Shown: positions 44,026-56,200 of the stretch, in pieces
How the letters are laid out: every line of letters starts with the position of its first letter
How positions within the stretch are numbered: the first letter of the stretch is position 1
From: the human T2T-CHM13v2.0 reference genome, Homo sapiens
NCBI RefSeq assembly: GCF_009914755.1
Contig: NC_060932.1
Reading direction: 5' to 3' (one strand)
DNA: 64,000 bases
Program-made: the position numbers and the translations under genes
Notes under the pieces: model-generated
The model's input: only the letters and a program-made list of their open reading frames with translations
What the model was told of the DNA's origin: nothing
Databases searched by the model: none

Positions 44026-44080
44026 ACCAATGTAATCTGCAAATAATAAGATTACTTTAAAAAAAATCCATTTAGCCCTT

Positions 44081-44082
<2 letters not shown>

Positions 44083-44118
<36 letters not shown>
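44083..44118. repeat. (AC)n microsatellite
   Basis: About 18 uninterrupted AC units. Confidence 0.95.
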
Positions 44119-44120
<2 letters not shown>

Positions 44121-44419
44121 ACTTCACAGAGAAATCTATTTGAGACCATAGAATTAGTTGATACATGTAAAAGTAACTTTAGGATGAGAAACTTCCCTTT
44201 CCGATGGTTTCAGAAACCAATTGGGTAAGAAACGTAACTATTATCTGTTTGGAAATTGGTATTTCCAGCACTTCCTCCAGTGAGATACAGAATCACATTC
44301 TCATTTATTTTATGCTTTTGATTCCATCTTGTCTGACTGTATGGCCTTTAAGTCAACCATCCCAGTTTATTTAACCAGTCTCCTATTTTTCAATGTTTCA
44401 GAATTTTTATAATATTTTA

Positions 44420-45060
44420 CTATTCATTCATTTGGCAAATGTTTACTGAGCACCTTCTAGGTGCCTGGCACTATTTTAAGGGACACAAAATTCCTGACAT
44501 CACAACACAGGAAGATAAGCAAAATTCAATTTACCAAGGATGTATATCAGATGGAGATAAATATTATTGAAGGAAATAGGAAAGGTGGGTGGAGGGAGCA
44601 CATTGCTTTTTACATGGAGGGAATAGGATCAGCTTCACAGACAGTGAAGCAGAAATGTGGACGGTCAACAGCAAAGCCCTGAAGAGGAAGCATGCTTGGT
44701 TCGTGTAGGAACAGCAATGAAGTCTGTGTAGCCCGATGAAAGGGAGCAAGGAGAGAAGGGGTAGAAAGTAGATATTAGACCAGAGAAGTTTGTCATGGAC
44801 TGCGATGGGGTAGATCACATGGGGCCAGTTGGGCTTTTCCTCTGAGATGAGAAAACTATAGAGCTCTTAAAGGCTTTTGAAGAGTGACCTTATTTGACAT
44901 AAGTTTTAAAAGGATTACAATGACTACTATGTGAAAATCGGATTATAGGTAACAAAGGAGTGGAGGTTGAAAGAGGGATCAGATTCTGGACATATTATGA
45001 AGCTAGATCTAACATGATTTGCTCATCGATGTGATGTAGAATATGAAAGACAGAAATCTT
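44420..45060. mobile_element. L2 fragment
   Basis: attcattcatttggcaaatgtttactgagcacc ... agattctggacatatt. Confidence 0.65.
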
Positions 45061-46899
45061 TGAATACTTTTCTGATTATTTATTCTTGATAATTTTTTTG
45101 AATTGGAAGCCTAGATCAAAGACTATACCCATTTAAAAGTCTTTCAGATATATACTGTCAAATTGTCCTCTGAAACCTGAAAAAACATTTTTACACATTT
45201 TTTTTTGAAACAGCGTCTGAGACTATTTCTCAGCAGCATAGGAAAATAACATGGTATTATCATTATTTTTAATATTGACAGTTTAATAGGGAAATATGTT
45301 TTTGTATCTTAGTTTTATCCTTAATGATTCTGAATATTTAATATTTTTATTGGTCAATGGTATTGGCCATTTTTTTTCCACTAGGGAGTTCATCTATTTA
45401 TCATTTAATATTTTTAATTATAATTCTTATTTAAAATTTTACTTACTTATTTATAAAATCCATTCTCTTTTCCTCCTGGAAACCCAGATAAGCTACATTT
45501 CTCAGCCATTCTTGCACTTAGGGGTAGTCATATGTCCAAATTCTGGGTAGTGGAACATCAGTGGAAGTGATGTAGACTACTTGTAGACCATGTAGGCCAT
45601 GAAAACCTTCCTTGTATGATCCTCCACACTCTTTTCTACTCAAAGCTAAGTGGAAAGAAAGAACCCCAAAGGAGCCCACAGGAGTCACATGGTGAAAATG
45701 GCACAAGAAGGGAGGATCTTGGCAAACTAAATCACTACTTATAGGAGAGTTGCCCACTAAGAACACCGGTTTTGAAGTGTTGTAAGAAATATACTTTATT
45801 GTGTTAAGTCACTGAGATTTCAGGGTTTATCAATTACAGCAGCAGGTGTATTTCCTAACTATTAAAGAAATATATAGAAAGAATTGTAAGAATTTCTTTA
45901 CCTTCATTAATTAAATATGTGGACCTTTTGCTCCATGGAGAAATGTAAAACTTTCTTCTTTGACTGGACACTGATCTATGTTTCCTGGTACTGAGAGACT
46001 GACCCACTCCTTTTACTTCCTTCTTTAAGCGAACAGTTCCAAGAACAGAAGGTAATGGAGTCAAACAGGTCAAATCACTCTGACTCTCACTCTCATGTTC
46101 TCTCTCACAGATACCTCTTGTCTAAAGGATTGCAATACCTTCTGACCAAAGCAGACAAACTGGCAACATTGTTAATTTGTCATAGAAAGCCTCTTTGTTT
46201 CCTGTTTTCCAGAAAATACTCTCTTTGGATATTCTCCCTGCTGCAACACCCTGTATGAAGTGCCCAACACCTGCAGTCTCAGACAACTTTTGAAAGTTAT
46301 AAACCTGTAATAAATAAGGCGAATATTTTTTCCTAGTTTGTAGTTTCTCTTTCAATGTTTGCTGTGTTTAAAACATTCTTACTGTCTATGTGGTGTCTCT
46401 GTATATAATCTTTCTTTAGATTCTCTGTGATTTACAGCCCATGAAATGTCAAACTGTCTTCTTTTCTGATAGAATTCCTGTCCTCATTCTTTCTTGCTTC
46501 ATGTTAAGCCCAGAGTACATGATACTCTTAAATTAAATGGCATTCAGATGTGTGCCATTCTACTCATTGTTCTTTCACCTTTAGTGAAAGTGTGGGTAGA
46601 GTGTTGTTTCCCACTTGGTTCCTCTCACACCTATTGAACATTCACGCTGAAGGCCGCTCTCCCTCTTTGGTCATCTGACACTTGATATGCCTCATGTCAC
46701 TCAGTCTTTCTGAGGGATACCGCCTTGTTTGCCTGGACAGTTTGTTACCAGCCTCACTTGTCACATATTCTCACTGATCTCACCGATCACCCTAGCCACA
46801 TTAGTCAACACTAACTAGTCAGACTAGCTAAACTGATCCTACTCAGCTGTCTCTAACAGTGGCCTGCATAATGGGTGGGGATTTTAATTTACCAATTAC

Positions 46900-46923
46900 A
46901 TATATATATATATATATATATAT
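46900..46923. repeat. (AT)n microsatellite
   Basis: About 12 AT units. Confidence 0.9.
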
Positions 46924-46944
46924 GTATTATATACATTAGGAAGA

Positions 46945-47820
46945 TGTAGTAGTTGCCGATGGCTGCCATAACGACTTACCCACAAACTTAGTGTCTTAAA
47001 ACAATGCAAATTTGTCTTATAATTCTGAAGGTCAGAAGTCCAAAATGGTTAACCTTGGTCACTGGGTTAAAATCAAGCAGTCAGGAATTCTGCATTCCTT
47101 TGTGGGATATCTAGTGGGGAATCCATTTTCTTACTTTTTCTGGCCTCAAGAGACCATTAGCATTCCTTACCTCCTGGCTGACTCCCTCCTCCATCTTCAA
47201 AGCCAACAATGAAGCATCTTCAAATCTCTGACTCTGACTCTCTTGCTTTCTCATTTCACTTATAAGGACCCTTGTGATTATTTACATGGATAATCCAAGA
47301 AAACCTTTTCATCTCAGTATCTTTAACTTAATCTCATCTGCAAAGTCCCTTTTGCCACATGCTGTGGTTTGAATGTGTCCCCCAAAATTCATATGCTAAA
47401 ATTTAATCACCAATGTGATGGTATTTCAGAGGTGACTCAGTCATGGGGGCAGAGTCCTCATGAATGGGATTAGGGCCCTTATAAAAGGGTTAGAGAGAGT
47501 GGGTTCATCCCTTTTTTGCCCTTTGGTTCCATCTGCCACATAAGGACATAGCATCCATTCCCTTCAGAGGATGCTGTAACAGGGCGCTATCTTGCAAGCA
47601 GAGAATGACCCTCACTGGGCACCGATTTGGCTGGCACCTTGATCTTGGACTTTACAGCATCCAAAACTGTGAGAAATAAATTTGTTTGTAAATAACACGG
47701 TCACAAATATTTTGTTATAGCAGCACAAATGAACTAAGACACTATGTAAGGTAGCATATTCACAGGTTCTGGGGTTTAGAATGTGGACATCTTTGGTAGG
47801 CCTTTATTCTACTTACCACA
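46945..47820. mobile_element. MLT1C/D-like LTR (minus) with a nested MST-like LTR at about 47360-47742
   Basis: ggctgccataac...cacaaacttagtgtcttaaaacaa; nested tgctgtggtttgaatgtgtcccccaaaattcat ... atagcagcacaaatgaactaagaca. Confidence 0.75.
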
Positions 47821-48017
47821 GAAGGATATATCGACACAATAACACAAAGGCAAGCCCCTTCCATGGTTTTTCTATGACTCTTAAATTTAGTCTAGTCATG
47901 AACTATTCAGTGCATATATTTTCTCAGAGAAAAATCTCAACTCTTCTTAATTTTTTGCTTAGTTAATATGAGTTGGTTAATATAAAGCTTTAAAATTTTA
48001 GAAGAAAGTAAAATATA

Positions 48018-48202
48018 GGCCAGGCATGAGGGCTCATGCCTGTAATCCCAGTACTTTGGGAGGCCAAGGTGGGAGGACCACTTGAGGCCAGAGGTTTGAG
48101 ACCAGCCCAGACAACATAGAAGACAAAAAACTTAAAAGATTAAGCCAAGCGCAATGGCTCACGCCAGTAATCCCAGCACCTTGGAAGGCCGGGGTGGGCG
48201 GC
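48018..48202 (+). mobile_element. Alu left-monomer-like fragment followed by a second truncated Alu 5' end
   Basis: Two successive ggctca(t/c)gcc(t/a)gtaatcccag starts. Confidence 0.8.
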
Positions 48203-48207
48203 ACACA

Positions 48208-48259
48208 TGTGTCCATGTGTTCTTATTGTTCAATTCCCACCTATGAGTGAGAACATGCG
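48208..48259 (-). mobile_element. 52-bp internal L1PA 3'UTR fragment
   Basis: tgtgtccatgtgttcttattgttcaattcccacctatgagtgagaacatgcg matches the recalled primate L1PA 3'UTR. Confidence 0.8.
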
Positions 48260-48825
48260 TACACCTACTAGGTCTTAAGCCTTGATTGTTCAGTCCTATC
48301 ATGTGCACCAGGGAGAGGAAGAGAGCTAGTGTAAAAGCTGGACTCAGAGAAGAGCTGACCTTTCATATAGAAATGGGAACCTATTGGATGACAAAAGTAA
48401 AATGTAAGGGACATAGGGGATGGGGGGTAGAAGATAAGAAAGAAGAGAAATAAGAAAGTGAGGGAGAACAATATAATTAGATATTCATACCAGGGAAACA
48501 AAGGCATGACTAGAAAGGCAGAGGAAGGGTGAGCCAGAAATGAAATGTCGTATGTATGTGCATACAATTTATAATGCAAAAGATGCTTTGTATATAGATT
48601 CTCACTTCAGAGTAAACCTGTGTAATAAATAAGTGGGACAGATAATACTATTGAGCCATATATATCCAACCCTCAATTTCTTATCTCATGAAACATCTCC
48701 ACAGGTTTATACCCAATTATACCACAATTGAGACTGGTTTTGCTAGAGGTATCCTAGGAAATAATAATTGGTTTGAAAGGGAAAGGTGGGGTATCAAAAG
48801 TAAGCAGAATACGTAGAATTTATTT

Positions 48826-50669
48826 AAGTATAGGGCAGGCTGTTACAGGGGTTGGTTAGCACTGTCCAAATGGTCAGGAAAAACTGTAGTGTGTTCCAGA
48901 TCAAATCCGTACCCAAGGGCACCTAATCTAGCTGTGGAGGTACAGTGGCAAGGTTATCTAGGAAGAACTGAAATTCAAATCAGAAGAGCACTGAACCAGC
49001 TGATGAAGAATTAGAAGCCAATAATTAGAGGCCCAGGTCTAACCTGTGGAGAAAGGGTTAGCTTGGGCTCCACAGGTTGTTGGGTATTAGTGAAGTAGGT
49101 TTAAATTCAAGGAAGAGCATAAGAGTTAGCAGCAGAAATCAGAGCTGGGGGTGGGTGTGGCAGACACCCAGGCACATGTAGACTGGGAAAATATGGGGGA
49201 AAGCTGTGGCTTGGAGGACACAAGTTGATAAGCTCAGAATTCCTAAGCAGAGGCCAGATGATATCCTGACCATGGCCCTGGTGGATACGTTTTTTGTTTT
49301 GTTTTGTTTTGTTTTTTTAAAAAATGTATTTTGTCTTACTTATTTTTTTACACAGGTTTACAGGTTAGCCCTGGTCAAAAATGGGAGAGATGCAAAGCTG
49401 AGCCAATTGGGGAAGCCAAGGATTTTCATACTTTATTTATATCTCAAGTGAAAAAGTTTCTGACAATAAATTGGGTTATCTTTGATATTAACACTAGCTA
49501 ACACATTTTAATGAGGGCTTACTACATTTTGTGAATCATCCCAATTTATCCTCAAAGCAATCCTTGAAACAGACACTACTAGTATATACATTTTACTGAG
49601 ATAGACACTGAAACACTCATTATGTTACTAGCCTTAAGTATTGAAATTGGAAACCCAATCCAAAACATCTGGTCCCAAATCCTTTCTTTTAAAACATGTC
49701 TGCCTCTCATATAGAGATTGCTTATGTTGAGAAGTATGAAGCCATACACAGATGGTGGTAGCTATGATAATCCTTTAATAATTAGTTTTTAGTCAGAGTC
49801 TGCAAAAATGTATCTTGTTCAATTCTATTAGGATGCTCTCCTCTTGAATTTGAAAATTAGGCTGTTCACTTTTATCATTTCCTCAATTCTACACTATTCC
49901 TCTTCCTCCTTATCTTTCCACCAAGGCTATTTGCAGCTGGTCATTTATCTTAGCTGCCTTCCATGTCTTTGTTCTATTCTCCCAAAGGTTTTTACCTATT
50001 ATTTGAATTATTTATTCCAATCCCTTCATATGAGCCATTAACATAATGAGATTCTTATCTTCACTGAAGACACAACTTTAAAAAAACCTCATAATTAAAT
50101 TGGAGTAGATATAATACAATTAATATTTTTTTCCTTTCTAGGGTAAATTATACATATGTTGTATTTTGGTAGTCTGCATTATAATCTCTATTTTTATACA
50201 ATAAAGAATTTTACTTTTGGTTTTAAAATTTGAAAAGGAAAATAGTCACTGTTCTAATAATTTCATGCACTACTATAATAGTTGTCAAGAGTAAACATAA
50301 AAATTTTAGTTACTGTTGCCTTACAATAACCTTTTAACTTGATAGTAATGTTTCACATTTTCCTTTGCTATGGTCTCTGATCAAATACTTGTAAATTTTC
50401 TGATGCAGTTTTTCTAGTCAAAACTATCTCTTTTTTTTTGTCAAAACTATCTTTTAAAGATTTTTTAGGAATATAGAATTTCTGTCAGAAATCGATGTTT
50501 GGGGAATCACTTTGATTAGCCCACTAATGATGGGCTGATAACCTTGCCACTGTACCTCCACAGCTAGATTAGGTGCCCTTGGGTACGGATTTGATCTAGA
50601 ACACAGTACAGTTTTTCCTGACCATTTGGACAGTGCTAACTAACCCCTGTAACAGCCTGCCCTATACTT
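48826..50669. repeat. 133-bp inverted repeat pair (48826-48958 and 50537-50669)
   Basis: Reverse complement of the second copy matches the first at 130 of 133 positions. Confidence 0.93.
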
Positions 50670-51314
50670 TCTGGGCACTGATATTAGAAGGTGGGGAAAC
50701 AGAAGTCAGAAAATTATTCATCATGAGTAAAGGAAAAATACATTTTTTTTCCTCTGACAAGGAGATAAGACTGAGAAAGAAAGAAACAAGAATTGAAGAG
50801 AGAGCAACCAAAAAGAAAGAAAAAAAGCAGCTAGAAAGACCAGTAATTTGTGTGAAGCAGCAGTAACAAGATAGAAAATAGAATAGAAAAACATCCCTTT
50901 CATTATCCACAAAGCAAAAACTACACAAAAATTAACATAATAAAACAGTGTACTAGCTAAGACTCTCCTAACAAAATATTCAAACTATAAAAGAACATTT
51001 AAAAGGGCCAGAACAACTGCATAGATGAGGAAGTAAGTTTAAGGATGATAAGAAGGTTGGAAGAAGTTGGAGTTCTGATGAGGGTATGACCATAAAGAGG
51101 CAGTACAAGGGAGTTTCTTCAAGGTGATGGAACATTTTTGTGCCCTGATTTTGGGGTGGTTACACAAATCTATACATGCAGTAAAATTGTACAGAACACA
51201 CAAAAAGAATGCTTGTAAAACTGGTGAAATCCAAATAGTCTATGGCTAATAGTATTGCATCAGGGGCAGTTTCCTCTGTGTGCGTGTGTGTGCGCATGCG
51301 CGCATGCACACGTG

Positions 51315-51670
51315 TTTTAATTTTCAATTCAGGGGGTACATGTGCAGGTTTGTTAGATGAGTATATTGTGTAATGCTGAGGTTTGGGTTTCTAGTGAACC
51401 CATCACTCAAATAGTGAACATAGTACTCAATAGACAGTCTCTTATCCCTTGCTCCCTTCTTCTCCCCTTTTTGGAGTCCCCAAAAAGGGTCAATTGTTTC
51501 CATCTTTATATCCAAGCATACCTATTGTTAAGCTCACATTTGTAAGTGAGAACATGGGTATTTAATTTTCTGTTTCTATATTAATTCACTCAGGATAATG
51601 GCTTTCAGCTGCATCCATGTTGTTGCAAAGGACATAATTTTATTTTATTTTTTTTTACGGCAGCATAGCT
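51315..51670 (-). mobile_element. L1PB/old L1PA 3' end, inserted in an older plus-strand L1M 3' fragment (about 50990-52020)
   Basis: gggtacatgtgcaggtttgttag, gtaagtgagaacatg and cagctgcatccatgttgttgcaaaggacat. Confidence 0.8.
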
Positions 51671-52799
51671 GGTTGAAGAGTATAAAGGAACTCTATTTTT
51701 TTGGCAACTTCTAAGTGAGCCTAAAATAAATCAAAACATAAAGTTTTCCAAAAAAGGCACATGCTAAATGACTCATGTATCAACGAAGAAATCAAAAGAG
51801 AAATTAGTACTTTGAATTGGAAAAAAAAACACAACAAACCAAAATTTGTGGAATGCTCTAAAGCAATCCTCAAATAAAAAATTATCCCATGAAACTGTCT
51901 GTATTAGAAAGAAAAAAAATTTCAAGTCAACAGCCTCAGCTTCCACTTTAAAAAACTAGGCACAAAGGAGCAAATAAAACCTAAATTTAGCAAAGGAAAG
52001 GAAATAATAAATCTGAGAGAACTGATGTGTTCAGAGGGAGCATGGCTTTGACATCTTAACTTCAAACTTTAGCCTTCAGAATTATAAAATAATACATTTC
52101 TATTGTTTTAAGCCACCCATATTTTGATACTTTGTTACTGCAGGCCAAGGAAACTAACACAGCTTGTAAGGATCACGCAGCTGCTGTTTGTATTATGATA
52201 TTTATATTAAGTGGATTTATTAACAGTGGTCACATTTGAGGACTGGAGTTAGAGAAAGGAATTCTTAAATTCACATACATATTTTATTTAAAAGTAATGT
52301 TATTTTAAGAATATTTAAGTAAATTATATATGGTAAAATAGCTTCATGTTGTATTTTAAGGATAACTTAAATACTAAAAAATTAAAGTAACTTCTATACA
52401 AGGATAAAAGAGTGTACCTGTCTGTAGAATAAGTAAATAAGAGCTGTACTAACTAGTCAAATGAGTATAACTAAGATTTTAACACTGTTAAAAATGACAT
52501 ATCTTTTCCCAATTTCTATTCGATAATTTATAACTTTTGCTGAAAAAGTAAATCAAATATTTTAATTTGTAGCTTGTGATTAGATAATACATTTAATTTT
52601 TCTTTAAAAAAACTAAGGAAGTAAAGGTGGAAATCTTTGATGTGTTTTTGTTTTCCCTTTCCCAGTGCTTTCCATTCTTAATTCTACTCACCATGTTACT
52701 CAAAACAGGCACCACTAATTACCCAATTTCAGTATAATCAAAATGCTAGAAGGAAATAAAGTACCTTAATGACATGTCTTAAGCCTTCCAAACCTTGAT

Positions 52800-53261
52800 A
52801 GCGTAAACCAAAAAGCATCCGAGACAGGACTCAATCAATTTAGAATTTTATTTTGCCAAGCTTAAGGATATGCCCGGAAGAAAGAAACACAAATCCACAG
52901 GAACAATCTATGGTTCATACCTTTTTAGAAAGATGATTTTGAGGGCTTCAGTATTTAAAGGGGGAAAGCAGGCTGGAGGGGAAAGAGAGAGGATATGGTC
53001 CCATTGCTGACTCCATGTGTTGCAAGAGAAAAGGAGCAGGCTGGGGAATAGTCAATTAGGTAATCCTCTTACGCTCAATAAATTGGCACTTTACATAAGG
53101 TGAACATAGAGTACCTACCTATGGAGATATCTGACCTTTTATCTGTAGCTATTAGCTTAGGAACAAAAGCGAGCAGTTTCTTGCATGACTCAGCGTTCAG
53201 CTTACTTTCTTCCTTTTGGCTTTGTGAATTGGGGTACCGAGATTTTGTTTTTTTTTCCACA
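52800..53261 (-). mobile_element. ERV1 solo LTR (MER4-like)
   Basis: gtaaaccaaaaagcatccgagacagg..tcaatcaatttaga...tattttgccaag ... tttttccaca. Confidence 0.7.
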
Positions 53262-56200
53262 ATGGGAGAATCATAATGACAAATTTATAAATATAATATA
53301 TAATTTTTCTTACCCTTTGTGAAATTCTTCATTTAAATTCCTAAAATTTTATGAGATTAAAATACATTTAGTAACAATCAACTTTTTTAATACAAAGATT
53401 CTAGAAAAGCTTAAGGTACATTATTAGCTATGGTCATTCATTCTGTCTTGAAGTTTAATAGAAATGCTTTTTTCAGCACCGAACTGTGATCTTCAGGACC
53501 ATCCTTCCCTCCTTTCCTCTCTCCCTCTCTTCCTTCCTTTTCTCTTGTTCATTCTTTCATTCTTCCTCTTTTTTTGAGGGGTTGGAGTAGAAGGGTAGGC
53601 ATATACAATTGTGAGGTCTGGAATCTACTTCATATAAGGACAAGGAGCAACTCTGGATAAAAAGAGAGTAATATACATGCTTTATTTGCCTGCAACTTGT
53701 GGGAAAGAGCATCAGAAGGCAGGAGAGGCACTTGGAAGGGGAAGTGAGAGAACATTGAAGATAAATCCCACTTCTTCTGTGGTTTTTTACTAGGGTGGAT
53801 ACTCATGTACTGACAAGCAAGTATCATCTTTAGCAGACTCTACCTGAGATAATGATCTGCTTTTATTTGTCACTGATTTTACTTTCCACAGGGTATCAGG
53901 ATGAGGAACCTTCAAATCATGCATCACATTGAATCTCTTGGTGGCAAAGGTAGCATGGAGGTGGCACATAGCATCTGTGGTACAGGTAGGAGATTGCTAA
54001 CCCTTGTTCAAGATGACATTGATAGGCAAATAGCCAGGAATATGCTTTTCTCTTGGAAGTGCCTACTCCACTTACTCTGAAAGGCTGACTCCTCACGATT
54101 CAGATCTCTGCCTACATGTTACCTTCTCAGGTAGATCATCTCTGAACAGATTCCCACCCCCATCCCATATACCTTATTATTCTGTTACAGTACTCTATTG
54201 GTTTCCTACATAGTACTTAATATAATTTGTGCTTGTCCATTTTTTTGTTTACTTACATATTGACTAATACATTTATTTACTTGTTTGTTACAAGTAAATA
54301 ATGTCTTTATAAGAGGAATATGCCTTTTTAGCTCTCCAACATTTGCCCAGTGTTTATCGCAGTACCTGGAGCATAGCAGTTTCTCAATAAATATCAGTGG
54401 AAAGGAGTAATTTAAAATTTAAATTTAAAAAATCCAAACATGAGGCTGTAATTCTTATTGTGATTCTCAAAGATCCTGATTACTTGGTCGGGATTTTGAT
54501 GGAGAAGCAGGAAGAGAGACAACATGTATTTCTGCCTCCAGATTAAGTAAATATTGTAGAAGAAGGAAAATAATTATTTCATTTATTAATCCTAGCGTGC
54601 ATATTTGATATCTCTTAATATTAAAATAGTTCCTGCTATCTCTTGTATTTGTAATACTCCTCATGTTTATCTATTGCAAGTATATATTAGCACTTATGGT
54701 ATTTCAAGAAATAGGTAGTACCGGAGATCCAATGAGATGCAAGACAACCTGCCTCCTTCCTAAAACTGAAAAGATGTTAGTAAACACTGACTTGGAGTTT
54801 TTTCATAATGGCATCTTAAATTGTATTTTTTTATACATGCTTTTTTTGGCATACTTAGATAAAAAGACTATTCTTCACTTCCATAAAGAATTATGCTTTC
54901 TCTTATTTTTTTTGAAATCTGTGTCTTTTTGGCTTGTGTTTTCTTACCTTTGGTAGAAACATGGATATCAAAACAGTTTACCTTTAATTTCACTATAAAA
55001 AATAACAACTGTTCAAATGCATGTAAGCAGCAACTGACATTTGGCCTCAGTGATGAGGCAACAACAGAGAACAGCAGAACTTGGGAACCTGCAGAAGACA
55101 TGCACCAAATAAAGGGCACACTACCCCTGCTACTCTATAATTTCAATGTTTGTCAGAGCTCACATTTGCAAGAGAACTAGAAGTCTAGATTTCTTTTAAC
55201 ATGAAATGATCTGATTTTTAAAATGTTTGGGGGCTAAATTAAAAAACCAACAAAGCATATGTGGCAACACTGTAGTAACAGGTCAACAAATATTATGTTA
55301 GACCAGATTTAGCCCTCAAGATGGCTGTTTCCTCCATCCTACGGGGTACTTTTCATTTTCAGCAGAGAGAAACTTTGACCACTAACACTTGGGAATATTT
55401 AAGGGGAATAATGACTGTCTTGCCAGTTCCTTTCATAGACCATAACAGGTACTTAATAAATAGTAGTTGAGTGGACACACTGAATGCATAAGTCATTCAC
55501 ACGTTGTTACTGTGGTTCAAGAATTAGAACAATTTAGTGTATATGAAGAGAGAAAATTGGACAATAAAAATTATTTACATATTTTGTAACCATAACAGTT
55601 AACAACTTCAAGCACTTTCTCTGTGCTAGGTACCATGCAAACACTTTATAAGGATCACTCCACCAATTCCTTATAATGATTCTATGTAGTAAGACTATAG
55701 CTGTCCTTTAACTTATCCAGAGCTGGTAAGCTGCAGAGTTAATAAGAAAGATATAAAATAATTCTGACACCAAGGCCCATGTCTTAATTGTTATTATTTT
55801 ATGTAAATTTGTATTGAGGAATAACAAGCCCACAATAAAGACCTAAGAAACAGGCAGTGTTTTGTTTTGAAAGATGACTGTGGTTTTCAAGTAGGTAATA
55901 TAAAAGGACAGAAAATGGAAAATGAGAAATTTTGAAAACCATGGGACCTATGGAGAAATTGTAGGTTCAGAAAGAAAACACAAGGACCCAGAATAAGATG
56001 AAGGACTTGCCCTAGGGAAAATCAATGAAAAGCTGAGTGCTCAGAATCAGGAAAAATGCTGTGTAGGGTAGTTATTTTCAATCCTGGCTGCATATTAGAG
56101 TCATTTTCGGGAGCTTTTTAAAAAGCATCTATGTGCTTGGTCCCAGCAGCAGAGTTTTTTTGAGGGGAGAGAGACCAGGACATCAGTATTAAAAATAAGA

